Made by a program: the position numbers and the translations under genes. DNA of 61,413 nt, the filler included. It is 7 parts of 7 records of this genome, joined end to end, with 100 filler letters (N's around TTAATTAATTAA, not from the genome) between each part and the next. Parts side by side here need not be neighbours in the genome. Positions count along the whole stretch, not along the records: positions 1 to 27,719 come from SRR15195285_727; positions 27,820 to 33,191 come from SRR15195285_730; 5 more parts are not named here. One strand, written 5' to 3'. Below, one piece after another: positions 24,701 to 29,474 of this stretch (position 1 is its first letter; every line of letters begins with the position of its first letter). Under the pieces are notes generated by a model. The model saw only the letters and a list, made by a program, of their open reading frames with translations, did no database searches and had not been told where the DNA came from.

Positions 24701-25476
24701 GCATCGTGGATGAGCTGAACCGCACCTTCGAGGGCAAAGGATTCCGCCAGAACAAGAAAGGACTGGACATCAAGAACGCCGATAAGACGTATCCGGAGTA
24801 TAAGTTCAGCCATTTGAAGCAGCTCGTCGTGCAAGAGTCGATGAAGGTCCTGCTCGAAGAGCAGGTGCAGCAGAAACGCGACGCCAAGCTCAAGCTGTAT
24901 CAGCTACAGAGGAGGCTGCGGCCATCTGGCGCGGCGGGAGGACGGCTGGCAAACGTCGCGCTCGCGGTGTGCATGGGGACTGTGACCGCAGCGTACCTGT
25001 TGTGTCTGGTGCTCAGAGCTGGGACCAGATACAACTACATCTTGGTCGAACGCTACTTTTCGACTTCGTCGCCGGACACGTCGCTGTTGCAGCTGCGGGA
25101 TGAACGCCCGGAGGCATTGGACTCGCTGGAGGATATAGCGGGGTTGTTGCTCTTGCTCATCCAGATCCCACCACTGGTAGTACTCGGTGCCATGGTGGGG
25201 CTACCATTGCGCGCTGACTGCAAGCGCGCGTCTGCTGCAAGAAAAGCTGCGAAATTCAGGCCTGTGGTTGCGCCAGAACCTGAGCCTGAGGATGAGTCGC
25301 GACCAGTGACTGCAGACTCTGAGCCGAAGGTACAGGAGGAGACGTGGCCAGAGAAGGACGAGGAGACTGATATCTCACGGTCACGGGTACTGATGGAGAA
25401 TGCGTTTGACAAGGTTGGTGCCAAGTTCGGTCGGAAGAGGCCCGAAGGCAAGTACATTACGGCCAGCACAGGCTAG
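3715..25476 (+). CDS. Giant intronless (~7253 aa) cell-surface multipass protein: signal peptide, 2 F5/8-C (discoidin)-like domains, ~5 FN3, sushi, 15 tandem EGF, HYR-like, Ig/filamin-like, long CxxC (growth-factor-receptor-like) array, SEA-like domain, C-terminal multi-TM region
   Basis: One uninterrupted frame. ATG 3715 gives MWSAPALVGLLAALLVSPSSIDG (signal peptide). Motifs: PQWVRYDFG..PKSWNFEGSNDG (F5/8), GLxxxTxY (FN3), DECxSxPCxNGGxC (EGF, 9361-11283), CxxCxxG repeats (~15200-22550), hydrophobic helices at ~23130-25200. Confidence 0.9.
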   Translation: MWSAPALVGLLAALLVSPSSIDGQAMREQRYCFNLGDGVCDEGPYTEAPCAVGSDEYDCRRQVGHVQADPYGNGWQAGRIVDVHDGRWPTTWRSAEVSTQSVTIELDRPRCLATLRMTWWDTFSARDYLVMHSLDGETWSVLFRGDDIAKGYGNRVDDWELPTLEQVDGAMVGTTGRMRFLRLAMATGHGAHYELQTVDWTEDDALCPACNVCAAVVLNGEASTCTLVTTPSGAQCAYTAASDPDGIADSGDEVEEACNDALMDCAACTAQGCAWCDEPSGASCKPDTAGSCLASSNHTSSWRTPETLQRRTCAGECDGEYCNPETGYRAEWLEVATYTDPPFWPAPASVLPASTKRAGVPRECAAFEILISVDNAVASSTHASENFALEKLFDGETSEIAFQNVWQTAAGCLEMTGDFCTKMEPQWVRYDFGQPQAICSYAMRSRKQGSLLWMSPKSWNFEGSNDGYHWITISQVRNEDEWEETADNELPQLRTYDPGLAVFRWYRLYFTEVFGEGLQETLALSLQEMQFFAPLNECISDPLEYESAAPTDSSDRECTMVLQCTSLEYETVAPTATSDRECASLRFCQSFEYESVAATATSNRECTMLQTCPEGSYESVEPAWVQPACTGPSTTCYFVADRTCSLLPNVNEFVVSRVYSDALIVQWSRPVIARAQYSYTGFQVYLNGINAKAVSAVCVDGGMMCADATAARGGCPDGCTGEAAIPAAAVSSAIVATPAAGGDVVSLVVEDTTIAAGQLLQLADAFGQTCAAQPKGSDLEVQSVLAAIAVPVASADDTTEMVTLAVEELSIEVGQALRLVNAEGQTCLAAPTDSDLIVESVSRATCITTVVEACESAAADQDICTSAGACTFAAAAGDIPATCTTTEVPECAAANEDAATCVAAGACTFTGAQIALATDLELGDASAIPPQACSALTILTTLDGYDALVYTDTPTAAGFAIGDTVEITDTGGGACAQIAYGEGPYIVNFVDDTSVRFSGIAAGVSNPVDPTLCSIGRPARDASTQCTFARLQMLTFATDLTVGDANAAASCVVTRAHTCAGTASCILGQEGQAEDCPEFCDYDPGPDEVVEANDFSQSLGLIQTLIGLETSTSYTIAIRTIWEEFGPSLADKAITQVTGPSVSPAGQGTRLWTDAMEVAWTPPASPFPIMGWVLYSRLTPYIVLDRQDCGGTAVDTPVTADIAAATVPACIAACDENLYCCGFRYDAETNPLQCTLVVSCTYECGHGCMGNFYKKQVAVRDDPRDVVGLHFDNDYTGSTDTAALVQGLRAGSTYDFWAVAQIVVDGELMESLPRDGTGSVMPSFQQMTVPAGTNLIMQPMTTLRRSDAIQVSWDEPEVPSDVIINGYQVYYTDPTEVLGDVACVDDVSMSCEASDVSCRSTHSSGSVMASGCCQSCAGVGLFPDTPAVSSLDLFPRCGHCGVFVPANPREMLIRGLSPSTLYAFYMVPIITDQGLAEQGGYPHSGVALTPLTFTEWTAPDVIAEAETTTLAFDSVSLSWDLPTLPDDGADIVGYIVMYRRSMCGYFENSVELSTVYGANAFLGTGPITSAAIEHLPERNTEYDFVVVPIVTDRNGLETICFPYVGGTEALPQEPTIRPLIDAQVVTAFYTGRTADVPGRPTKVVAVPASAALEVSFEPPAVEGRFSAVEPLYRVSLVPEVIIYTIHCEAAGECVFAPANPYSGREASCAAVATTFCEDADLGAEEIDVELKAQMCEAAGRCTYTAATDPDGVEDSGDEVVETCWATDSLACATVDLDLNVYMETSESPAVVTGLLNGVTYSAAVAAANEFGYGRDSITPSTGMPFSDCEPFVPFAHADASCHDGNAFGAVCEVECHAGFYQVGSTFYECQAIGEWQGDMRCLDVNECLSTPCTNGGACRDSSDLSRPLLPFDTFNCTCRFGYVGELCNEYLDPCLSVPCLNGGTCDHGSEWDYICACTENFQGDHCERCDPGWEGPDCATDVNECASSPCYNDGTCFDAFNVWVCECRDGFSGARCEQNIDDCASRPCRSGICHDADNAFTCECAVSTTVAYTGERCFTGPMDRCDDNPCAVHAFCISDDLSGDTCICEFGFSGDPFEECLDVQECASDPCGLGGTCVEPDPSSFGCICRDGFDGAHCDVEIFDCISSPCVNGGLCHDIAPGYLCACAAGFDGDNCEISTDDCASQPCLNGATCSDWVDEYSCFCQAGYSGGRCESELDICLAGIDDCDPELSICTHTGPGSYRCICIEGFSSEDSYSCVDVDECAIYPCDSIGARVCSESTVDVTIPAGRFVCGCRDGFTGPLCEIDLDECIGLPCQNGGVCNQRDGYYTCTCTTGYDGYNCENESDECRSDPCVHGSCTDGVVSYTCVCDAGWDGDNCAVDKDECASEPCQNGATCLHSLRDHQVHDNVLAGGTLDAYSCACAAGYAGLHCESDFDECSSSPCLNGGRCIAYKSTTFGDADAYTCKCLPGYDDEICGTVVNPCLRQTDDCDRVRSECTGLGPGEFKCTCKAGWAGTDCSDDIRIPTLVCPQSLTVTNTDGIAFGTVDAKMLLPAELADNDENTPGLTMRTCVTGFNCVDLTPADFVHVETNTVTFPLGISNVELSAFDSLSGACDVFDNRCGAIGMAQCGDSCIPTSADKAECQFTVTVEHPQVQYYTLSQGDTGHFAPHEGGSIAATATTGSHDQHFFDLRNSGSTTLQVDSVTSDVQWAFIFQGAVYTQLDTPIRLAVGQSARIGVLFHSTTAGVYAGGITVVSNDPFSSRLRVPLSFTVDVATTYTVLLPDAIPQQVMSPLERAATDTTVYNVKESSVGWELLGCTGSSGTRVLPPRWFDGEVTVPPGAVDTSVAWLGALPTCSGILQPGAQQSLEVLFEAPYRAGVYTAAVELSSWCHNPCPLVTLDGTAETCTSAGPCTHVAAVSPVEMSCSCPIDLRSPEEKCTDAGTVDLVVEACVASNPYSAFFTTVCGAVDMRHPSEKCISAGHCEYSRPVGGAFSCTAMDALVCAARVLDSTAAACACGDTPSGLPCIYTPGDSELGISEACTATDVSVCEGVDLTQADSSTCTNAGSCTHRAAVTSSCIYAPPPASSPGALGSCVAADVDACATVELDGSEPTCTDAGLCTYTAPVQIVDEDCVAIDAADCDVTLDGDPTTCTDVVTTTGDACVHTPAAIGVLESCNAAHAAVCGDVEVDGRATTCTSVGDCTHVPAVAGVAEACVATDIAVCTAASLSPEETCDAAGCSFTAPVAQVDEACEPVSPAAGCMIQDPACPTSSTLVEDTGRSTSMLEVSMVVQPGPIDPLSSTVQVVDASTARAGQVLTLQINPVDSYSNGGTPNTIVAAGLGFVLELQGDSREALQFESYFDARRQIYFFEIPLLKSGSFDIRVDTKWTGGTYTIPLTLGSAAEEMLDDCGAGANQIVLHSIALDFPNYEIPLAAGPLRPAAKISNIVVADLCAQVMLDGSPGTCTGVAYPGGCSHIPATLIPPADEACAPTSHPLTYFTSTLTMGSHATAGVDWTISQVPSYLDGLPYIQTIHSDVSSPVDTPDWLCFEIDEDATVYILHDSRASDAPPAWLAQGYQKISDGGFISTVDGSGVTDTWDVYAAERSSGRVCLGGSNAANAQKMYIPVVGPHEIHLCTQTGVVRQMIGIRTTDITVQPGAFVHDVYFTFLLEDAYHQYIADADLTITIEAADDTVALVGSSGELSSKQIGTNSVAWKLRSWALDPCARVGMQTDECGDCVPAYDVPLCSEENSFWKTVRTPDLSDLLREVVDRPGWEAGNAVTFLIEASGASDAVNPAKLIVGETPAFIYSWGEIVDTKQIVVQDAVCWPNSQLDATGSSCICIDGYHPGEDLKSCQPCPQGHYGAAETCIRCPDGKQPSGDRTACEICTSDQAGTGGVCAQCESGRSSTIDRTTCAVCPEGFAGKDGMCDPCESGTEPAHNQEECQACPTTHIGDGIICTICGPGTEPNAEQSVCVPCSAAHVGISGVCVRCDDGEAPNSYGTQCEPCPPGTAGLDGACTVCAAETTPTASRTDCIGCQTGTVSSGGICIACSNGFAGIDGTCEQCENGKEPDEFRATCIPCAPGYAGREGSCFQCGTGQMPSDDLSLCMSCPVGTYGANGETCQACEPGQQPNLGRSGCDDCGFGLYSEDGTKCLTCDAGFEPTKAHDACTQCIGEYSVDGRKCLPCRPDERPDSLYGATSCVQCKETGDAAIGFDGVECTDCLPGYEPGHWTGATNTLCVSCAERGRDWFSREGQQCAQCPAGSEPNTERTGCVFCMTTGTNTFTPAADECAPVGMELGACGCVPVVDAPLCSESGPTCTECEAGKEPLADRTGCMSCAEISNAHISVDGSNCTPCPPGTQANADLSECDRCPLNTVSLQGSPCEVCHDDPLIRRYLIPDAEQLSCLPCPENTYFIADTHECHVCRPGFTLNPDRSLDDPCIVCGTGEVGVDGTCTRCRPGLYANAAHTQCLECGDWEELELYHPFGLVGDADGYIGVDGVCERCGPGTAPGAQTPVDDVLEVVRDDVHTECALCPLGRFSDDGTECKLCEPAHEPNQMSCMPESHWQIGMPPVDVAVDPRTESGVGAPGHNGAVMTLGTGATGCVRCLAGWYSPGSGQFCSSCPMGQQPNAEQTACENCSPGKVSGDGRIIDGQVSGDGFGRLCLPCPPGTQPNEAHDRCIQCEDQISVDGMACISCRMGQFPEFRLLASRCLQCADQNDRSYGANGIFCEICEPGSQPDHFHEARCASIPGTVACPGTDGYCMPAGSQCTDGRGTSAQDEAACALVPGLKACQLIPRLGSAPWFHHDNGHTSVGDCIPIDVPCPADTHNDNSGCLACELIADNVYSTEGAPCRACVPGKQPNGMRTECLSCALLGDNLISPSGSPCISCTAGFKPNLERTECLACTAGQYSSHGVSCGPCSPGEQPSDDATGCVACSTLTDVRSYANLGAAGASVQPVIASMGTLISEATASVGEALSELVAINDAAHPVLPERCEDTVGSCDGYEPGTDGTPSTTCPSGCTLAGLPGVNETCNNTVADCVTGYVPGNLIARSDSCPEVCTLTPAVPESPGVPGLRRLVRQIEFDMLVLGNSFSTSSDFIPGDTMYSLDGRQCLSCFHGMSPDPLHTTCVRCSEGRAGTFGVCKDCEPGKVPNRLQTNCVPCETGKYNPDYGKELCMSCFSEGLHIPSFPGTSCISCRNGTIPVEPLRHTTETSEGCKICDPGWAGVLGVCTPCPGGHRNSLDHTQCDRCPPGTVSAEGIECSSCRPGTRPNPKQTACDLCPEGRYSPDGLQCIDCWPLSVSREDRTWCLCAPGSEDVWEIPLNGTEPVASCRDVNECLVNNGGCDESTQCYNLSPGRLCGECPIGYFGEFYSLGYSILEGNTTCVEPPVDEDEDILSPELKLMMDASVEVLTVQVALGNEICYEQFGVRATSSVVAVDRSEDDVMVDFADGAKIEVKLADTGQGISLRFADGETASTESQQLLSPERLELETGLIADLAMSLGVNQSKIQITSIINPRARRLVQELATIPNRRLQSTIGVEVTFIVISDLPSVFDDLNNQLADPNSTLLTSSTAGTIYRDQFFNLSDGLEVFEFSCTDRLVHDEKTDTCLPCPAGTEFHLNAGERTCVTCPVGRWSPVGGWCIDCPTHEYTPSYGPAAHIWCYRCDPGYTVNATSSGCDACDSHHGYYNADGRDCTRCKSGTRPERKEAARYCVSCQMDGPRHYSSRGLYRDRTVVCTATASDECLVADIGGDDLAWARSAATRDDLHTAVACVASEEQVCNSTDLKYSWRKHTDRRLEGCTVDGCVNHGSRAAAEQACIALEDSCGGILENPSGSWQTRTGVEPHVSEVGQNCWLKETGVLDAQEACESAGGGAVCGYTAYEDEVLERCEATVEFPRTGLRGDIRVCGGGPGTCRGCSAYSPSGCPADNSIPCSSSCASAGIGLPGSALSCVYTPANSSDPDSTDSCIAKAASACAAIDLGDLRVNDPNDKLRCELAGEEPGVCTYTPFLPTIFEACESVEMANCSLAELSTTNQTADLESCDAAGNCTLWTASRHACETAAGGNGACTFTDEPRSCVATDQDACADANIRRNVEAYTFDTPNRTHDSQYETCLLAGVCSYTSQISAVTQPLECDEMCGAGSQVNTTSSFTSCERCSDVGPRHVSPDGTPCVTCPAGRQANDERTHCFDCPAGKYSDQAENGWHCRACPPGWEPNTRIAAWACMPCRTNHYSAGDRCHHCVENTVTQTSDGMIIASPAAAEQCRCPDGTYDSAVLAGERSHIYCWDDSYYTALPWLEPSNRPSEKDVADGKKCIACPRCVECDGGVPRVRAGYHVGGTDAGNLSTGLMLLSERLLRADRHVYRCPRPELCLGEVASGCDIIDCTPMWYEAETGHAVTSTGDEFTRTNHLHEQAEHIETPPLLAAELGSTRCASGFDGRFCLGTCVDGEAGSRFCDISKCSRTDWSLVYVCGAAAMFLLGLAVSCCRGQRIHHDARTRQCCSRAPKNSDDPEQTRPCRVHGPCSVATYRGIAAMLLKPLELLWPRLRVALTLLMGLYQILSSLSSVLALPVPSRAWALVEFFAPIANLDMTLIPSIGCGMGFYTVMWIRLLTVAGMILPVWVICFMRTQFNCIETLRAKNGGTLRKKHNSVHPQEEAPVHQLYPEGEVYQDRSVLAMLANRRMRNHKLREGAANWTFGVIFLALPSLVRTMLQLYDCRRMDDGSSHLVVDVNVVCSEPRPFDYDDLTATGSLDPLYGFHLSVASAVLAACAALPALAGLRLWYLRNKIADGLKIPALSPLYLHCKPSCFLWEIASIFGRALLCGGLIAWERGSVMQLGAGVLLSSTLSAAVLWSRPLDSGPRSEERQLAATKELVAEAKVAVKTASAKVKKLRMMREQSKRKANEMLTKLNRKQRKEAARLVRERNIVVAGAPQRKRDLKPTEGGVLEVVLARFDGLPTLDHKAEKMSRNVTLADYWAQQVSREDQRSIVDELNRTFEGKGFRQNKKGLDIKNADKTYPEYKFSHLKQLVVQESMKVLLEEQVQQKRDAKLKLYQLQRRLRPSGAAGGRLANVALAVCMGTVTAAYLLCLVLRAGTRYNYILVERYFSTSSPDTSLLQLRDERPEALDSLEDIAGLLLLLIQIPPLVVLGAMVGLPLRADCKRASAARKAAKFRPVVAPEPEPEDESRPVTADSEPKVQEETWPEKDEETDISRSRVLMENAFDKVGAKFGRKRPEGKYITASTG

Positions 25477-25615
25477 TTTTGCCTGTGCCTTGCACACGTA
25501 CGCACGTGCAAACAATGTACCTATTCGAATATCTCACTGGCAGGGATCGTTGTCTACGCGTGCACATCTTTTGTCACTCTGTTTGGCAGGCTGTGACCGA
25601 TCGCACTCAGCTTCT

Positions 25616-27002
25616 TCACAGGAGGATAAAGCCTGTACTCCCCGACCGTAGTAGCACGAGTACTGTGATGATGGTGACAATCCTCCGGATACCGAGTCTC
25701 CGCAGCAACAGCAACGCCAACCCACCTCCAGCTACCGTTGCACCCACTTTCAGCCCAGTCCAGAGCAGCTGCTGCGCATCATGGCCATGGGCACGACCGC
25801 TCGCCGCATCTGCTGTTGCCGTGCCACACGCTGCTTGCCCTCCAGCCAGGCAGTTGTCCATCTTCAGCCGCAGCTGGTGCCCAGAGCCTATTTGCACTGT
25901 ATACCGTTGGTGCTGGCGATCAAACTCACGAATGTTGCCCCACAGCCCGTTGTACTGAGTCTCTGATTGGAGGCCAGTCACCATGACCCGCGTCCCATCG
26001 GGCAGCAACACGCTGCTGGGCAGCAACGCCATACGCTGCCCTGCGATTTCAATCACATAACGCCCTCGTCTATTGTCGAAGTCAAGCACTTGGCCTGCGC
26101 GGGATGGAGAAATTCAGTCAGTGAGAGTCTCAGCAATCTGACGGCGGAATTCGTGAGCAAGATGCGAGCTGACCTGTCCGACCGTTGAGCTGCGGCTGAC
26201 TGGTGATGCCCACCAGCTCGACGCTGCTGACCAACTGCAACAGGTGCGATGCCTCTAGCCGCACCCCCGTGATTTGGTTCATAAACGGCCCCATCACCTG
26301 GACCATCACTGTGTACCGCTTGGTAACTTCGTCGTACTCCTGGATCTGACCCTGGCAGCAAACAAGAGAATGGGCGCGCGACTGGAGTGTGAGTGTGCAC
26401 ACATTGTCGACGCGCTCACGTTGCCCTTAGCACACAGGCGCACCTGAGCATCGTTTAGCTGCCGATCGTTGCGGAGCCCTTTCACCCGCACGCTCGTGCC
26501 GGCCGGCAGCACATCATGTTCAGCCTCACGCGGCATCGCGCGCCGCCCGCCCATCCCGCCGCCGAAGTGAAATGTTCGAAAGTTTCCACCTGCCCCCCGC
26601 CCATTGAACTCCTGGAAAAACTCCTCGAAAATCCTGAACGGATCAGACCCTGCCGCTTGTCCTGCAGGACATTCCGAAACGCGAAGACGCTGAGTCGGAG
26701 GGCGCCGGCGGGCGGGCGGGCGCCGGGCGGCAGAGGAGATTGCCACTGAAGGAGCACGCACCACCACTCGCAGGCGAGTTGGAGTTCGGGTCGAATCCCG
26801 CATCATAGATCTGACGCTTGCGCGAGTCTGAGAGAACCTCGTACGCTTCGCTGATGTCCTTAAACTTTGCCTCAGCTGTAGGATCGCCCTGGTTCTTGTC
26901 CGGGTGAAACTTCAGCGCCAGCTTGCGGTAGGCCTTCTTCAACGCGTCGTCCTCGGCGTCTCTGTCCACGCCGAGCGTCTTGTAGTAGTCCGCGGTGGGC
27001 AT
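25616..27002 (-). CDS. DnaJ-domain protein with G/F region, three SH3-like barrel repeats and C-terminal hydrophobic segment; exons 27002-26762, 26661-26444, 26351-26174, 26094-25616
   Basis: [24 protein letters not shown] (HPD motif), then [10 protein letters not shown]; three in-phase GT-AG introns; repeats of the form VxVxGLxxxxQxNGxxGxIxxxDxxxxRYxV. Confidence 0.88.
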
Positions 27003-27074
27003 CGCCGGCCCGCCCGCCCACCGCCACCGTCCGCCACCGTCGCGGCGGCTTTACATCTCCATATCACTGCTGCG

Positions 27075-27282
27075 ACCCTCAGTCAACAGTATGGGCGAGA
27101 AAACAGGGCGACCACGCCGCTCACATCCCGGGGTACAGCGTGGCACTGCCAAACGCCGCAAAATCGCCGCCGCACGTCTCTGTGAGGGACCCTCGCGTCT
27201 GTCGCCCAGCACCGTACCAGCGGGCAGCGGGAGCCCTCCGCCACCCTCAGTCAACAGTATGGGCGAAAAACAGGGCGACCAC
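27075..27282 (+). repeat. Two ~40-bp direct repeats (27075-27115, 27243-27282)
   Basis: ACCCTCAGTCAACAGTATGGGCGA(G)AAAACAGGGCGACCAC; the copies differ by one indel. Confidence 0.9.
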
Positions 27283-27677
27283 CCTTCGCCAGCCAACAGT
27301 ATGGTCCCCGGTAGACCCTCAGAATTCAACACTGTTTCGGCGGAGTGAAAATAACAGTATTTTCATAAATAATGAGAAAGAAAACGCAGCGGTGCGAGGC
27401 GGTCAGAGCGGTGCACTGCAGTTTCTCAGTCAGATTTCCATACTCTCAACGTCTGGTGCCGGTGCAGGGTGCACTGTCACTGGCGGGTCCTGCCAACGTC
27501 CAGGGCCTAGAATTCCTACTAGGAATTCATACACTCGCCCGAGCCCGTTCAGCCAAGATTTTATCGCAGCGGTCAGTATTGGAAAACAGAGGTTTGGCGA
27601 TGTCTCAAACACCGGTGAGCCCCAGAGTTCGGCGGCCCCGCAAAGACGGGTCAATCTGTACTGGTGTGCGAAAAAAC

Positions 27678-27710
27678 CCAGTGTCTTGGGGCGGTCCGCG
27701 GAGTCTGCTG
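27678..27710 (+). repeat. Dispersed repeat motif, copy 1 (possible transposon/MITE end)
   Basis: CCAGTGTCT-N6-GGTCCGCGGAGTCTGCTG; 30/33 identical to 33430-33462 on another contig. Confidence 0.75.
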
Positions 27711-27719
27711 TATTTATCA

Positions 27720-27819
27720 NNNNNNNNNNNNNNNNNNNNNNNNNNNNNNNNNNNNNNNNNNNNTTAATTAATTAANNNNNNNNNNNNNNNNNNNNNNNNN
27801 NNNNNNNNNNNNNNNNNNN
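27720..27819. other. Synthetic contig linker
   Basis: N44-TTAATTAATTAA-N44, with stops in all six frames. Confidence 0.98.
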
Positions 27820-28272
27820 AGTGCCCAGGTTGGGTGTTTGTGCCTGAATAAAATGCATGCAGAGGCAGGGATCGCGCGCGCCGGGGGCGCCGACGCCGCG
27901 CGGTGGCGGTGCCGCAGATACGGAGCTGCCGCGTGCCGCGCGGCGGAGCTTCGTTACGGCTGTATCATGATGCATATATACTCTGTTCGCGCGCCCGCGC
28001 CGCCAGAGGCTGGACGCGCCGGCTGGAGGCGCTGCACTGAGCGGCCAGCAGCCTTTTCGCAAGGATGGCCAGCCCATCTGCCGAAGACCGGTAAGCTGGA
28101 GACCTCGGCGAGGAGATGTGATGCCTGGTCCTGCGGGGTTGCCGAAGGCCGGCGAGCTGGTAGCAAGAGCGGTCGCGAACGAGAGCGAGCCGCCGGAGAG
28201 TGTGGGTGGCGCAGGGCGTGGGATCTACTAGCGGCCTGCCGCTGGACAGTTTGGACACTGCCCAGGGTATCA

Positions 28273-29358
28273 ATGGCAGCAGACAAACCGTGGTGGCTCG
28301 ATTTCGCTGGGGGTGTCGTGGGTGGATGTTGTGGCATCGTCATTGGACACCCGCTGGACACGATCAAGCTGCGGATGCAAGCGGGACAGTTCGCGACGCC
28401 GACGGAGGCGTTTGGCCAGACGATGCGTGCGGAGGGTGTACGCGGGCTCTACAAAGGTATGTTGAGCCCCGTCCTTGGGAACGCGCCGCTGCAGGCAATA
28501 CTTTTCGGTGTCTACGGCCGGGCCCTCCGCGAGCTGGAGGGAGGCAGCGTGAGCGACAATCCCAGCTTGACCAGCGTCGTGGCCGCAGGCCAGATCGCTG
28601 GCCTCGTGCAGCTTGTGGTCATGTGTCCAAGCGAGCACTGCAAAATTGTGCTGCAGCACCAGCTAGAGACGGCTGGTGCAAACGCAACCGTGGATGCCAC
28701 CGGTCGGCAGCTGTACACCGGCAGCATTGACTGCGCGCGTGACATTCTGCGGCGCGATGGCATTCGGGGGCTGTATAAGGGCATGACATCCTGTATGATC
28801 CGCGATGTAGGCATCGGCAGCTACGGAATGTACTATGGCGTGTACGAGTTCGTGCGACAACGGTTTTTGACCCCAGATCCAGCCGATCCGATGCGGGCGG
28901 TCCACCCTCTCGCGACAATGGTGGCAGGCTCTGCCTGCGGCCTGGTGTCCTGGACCTGGTGTTACCCGGTCGATGTCATAAAGTCTCGGATTCAGGCAGA
29001 GCCGTACGCGGTGGAACGCGTGACGCCGTTCTTGCGAACTGCTAGCAACATATATAAGGCGAGCGGCTGGCGTGGCTTCTTCGTCGGCTATTGGGTGATG
29101 GCAGCGCGCTCCATCCCCGTGAACGGTGTGACGTTCTATGGGTAAGTGCGTAGCCCCTCGCCTACAGTGAGAATCATTCTCTGTCAAGAATGGATATGTG
29201 CCTTCAATTGCGAGACGAGGCAGTCAGCAGTCAGCCGGGTGATAGCGCGCAGTGTCTGCGTCAAAACTGACATTGTATTGAGAATTGCCACCGTTGATCG
29301 CAGGTATGAAGCTACTGTGTCGGCCTACACAACCTGGAAGCAGGACCAGCAAGAGTAG
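28273..29358 (+). CDS. Mitochondrial carrier (SLC25 family; carnitine/basic amino acid carrier-like); exons 28273-29141, 29304-29358
   Basis: Three Px[DE]xx[KR] repeats (HPLDTIKLR, PSEHCKI, YPVDVIKSR) plus EGVRGLYKG and DGIRGLYKG; GTAAGT...CAG intron restores TFYGYE. Confidence 0.93.
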
Positions 29359-29474
29359 TAACGACATTGCCGTTGAATGCAAACCCATTCACTCGACTTC
29401 TGCCGTAGCACACACTTTGCCCAATCCACTCGACAGCAGCACTTGAAGAACATTAACGCATCACGTCTCCAGCA

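Noticed and set aside
364-25469. Many antisense and alternate-frame ORFs overlapping RPN9 and the giant gene
   Set aside because: Shadow ORFs expected in GC-rich coding DNA.
27075-27282. CRISPR-like array
   Set aside because: Only two full repeats, a ~127-nt spacer, no cas genes and a eukaryotic context.
27838-28272. N-terminal extension of the 435-aa carrier ORF
   Set aside because: Low-complexity GC-rich read-through; carrier homology starts at ATG 28273.
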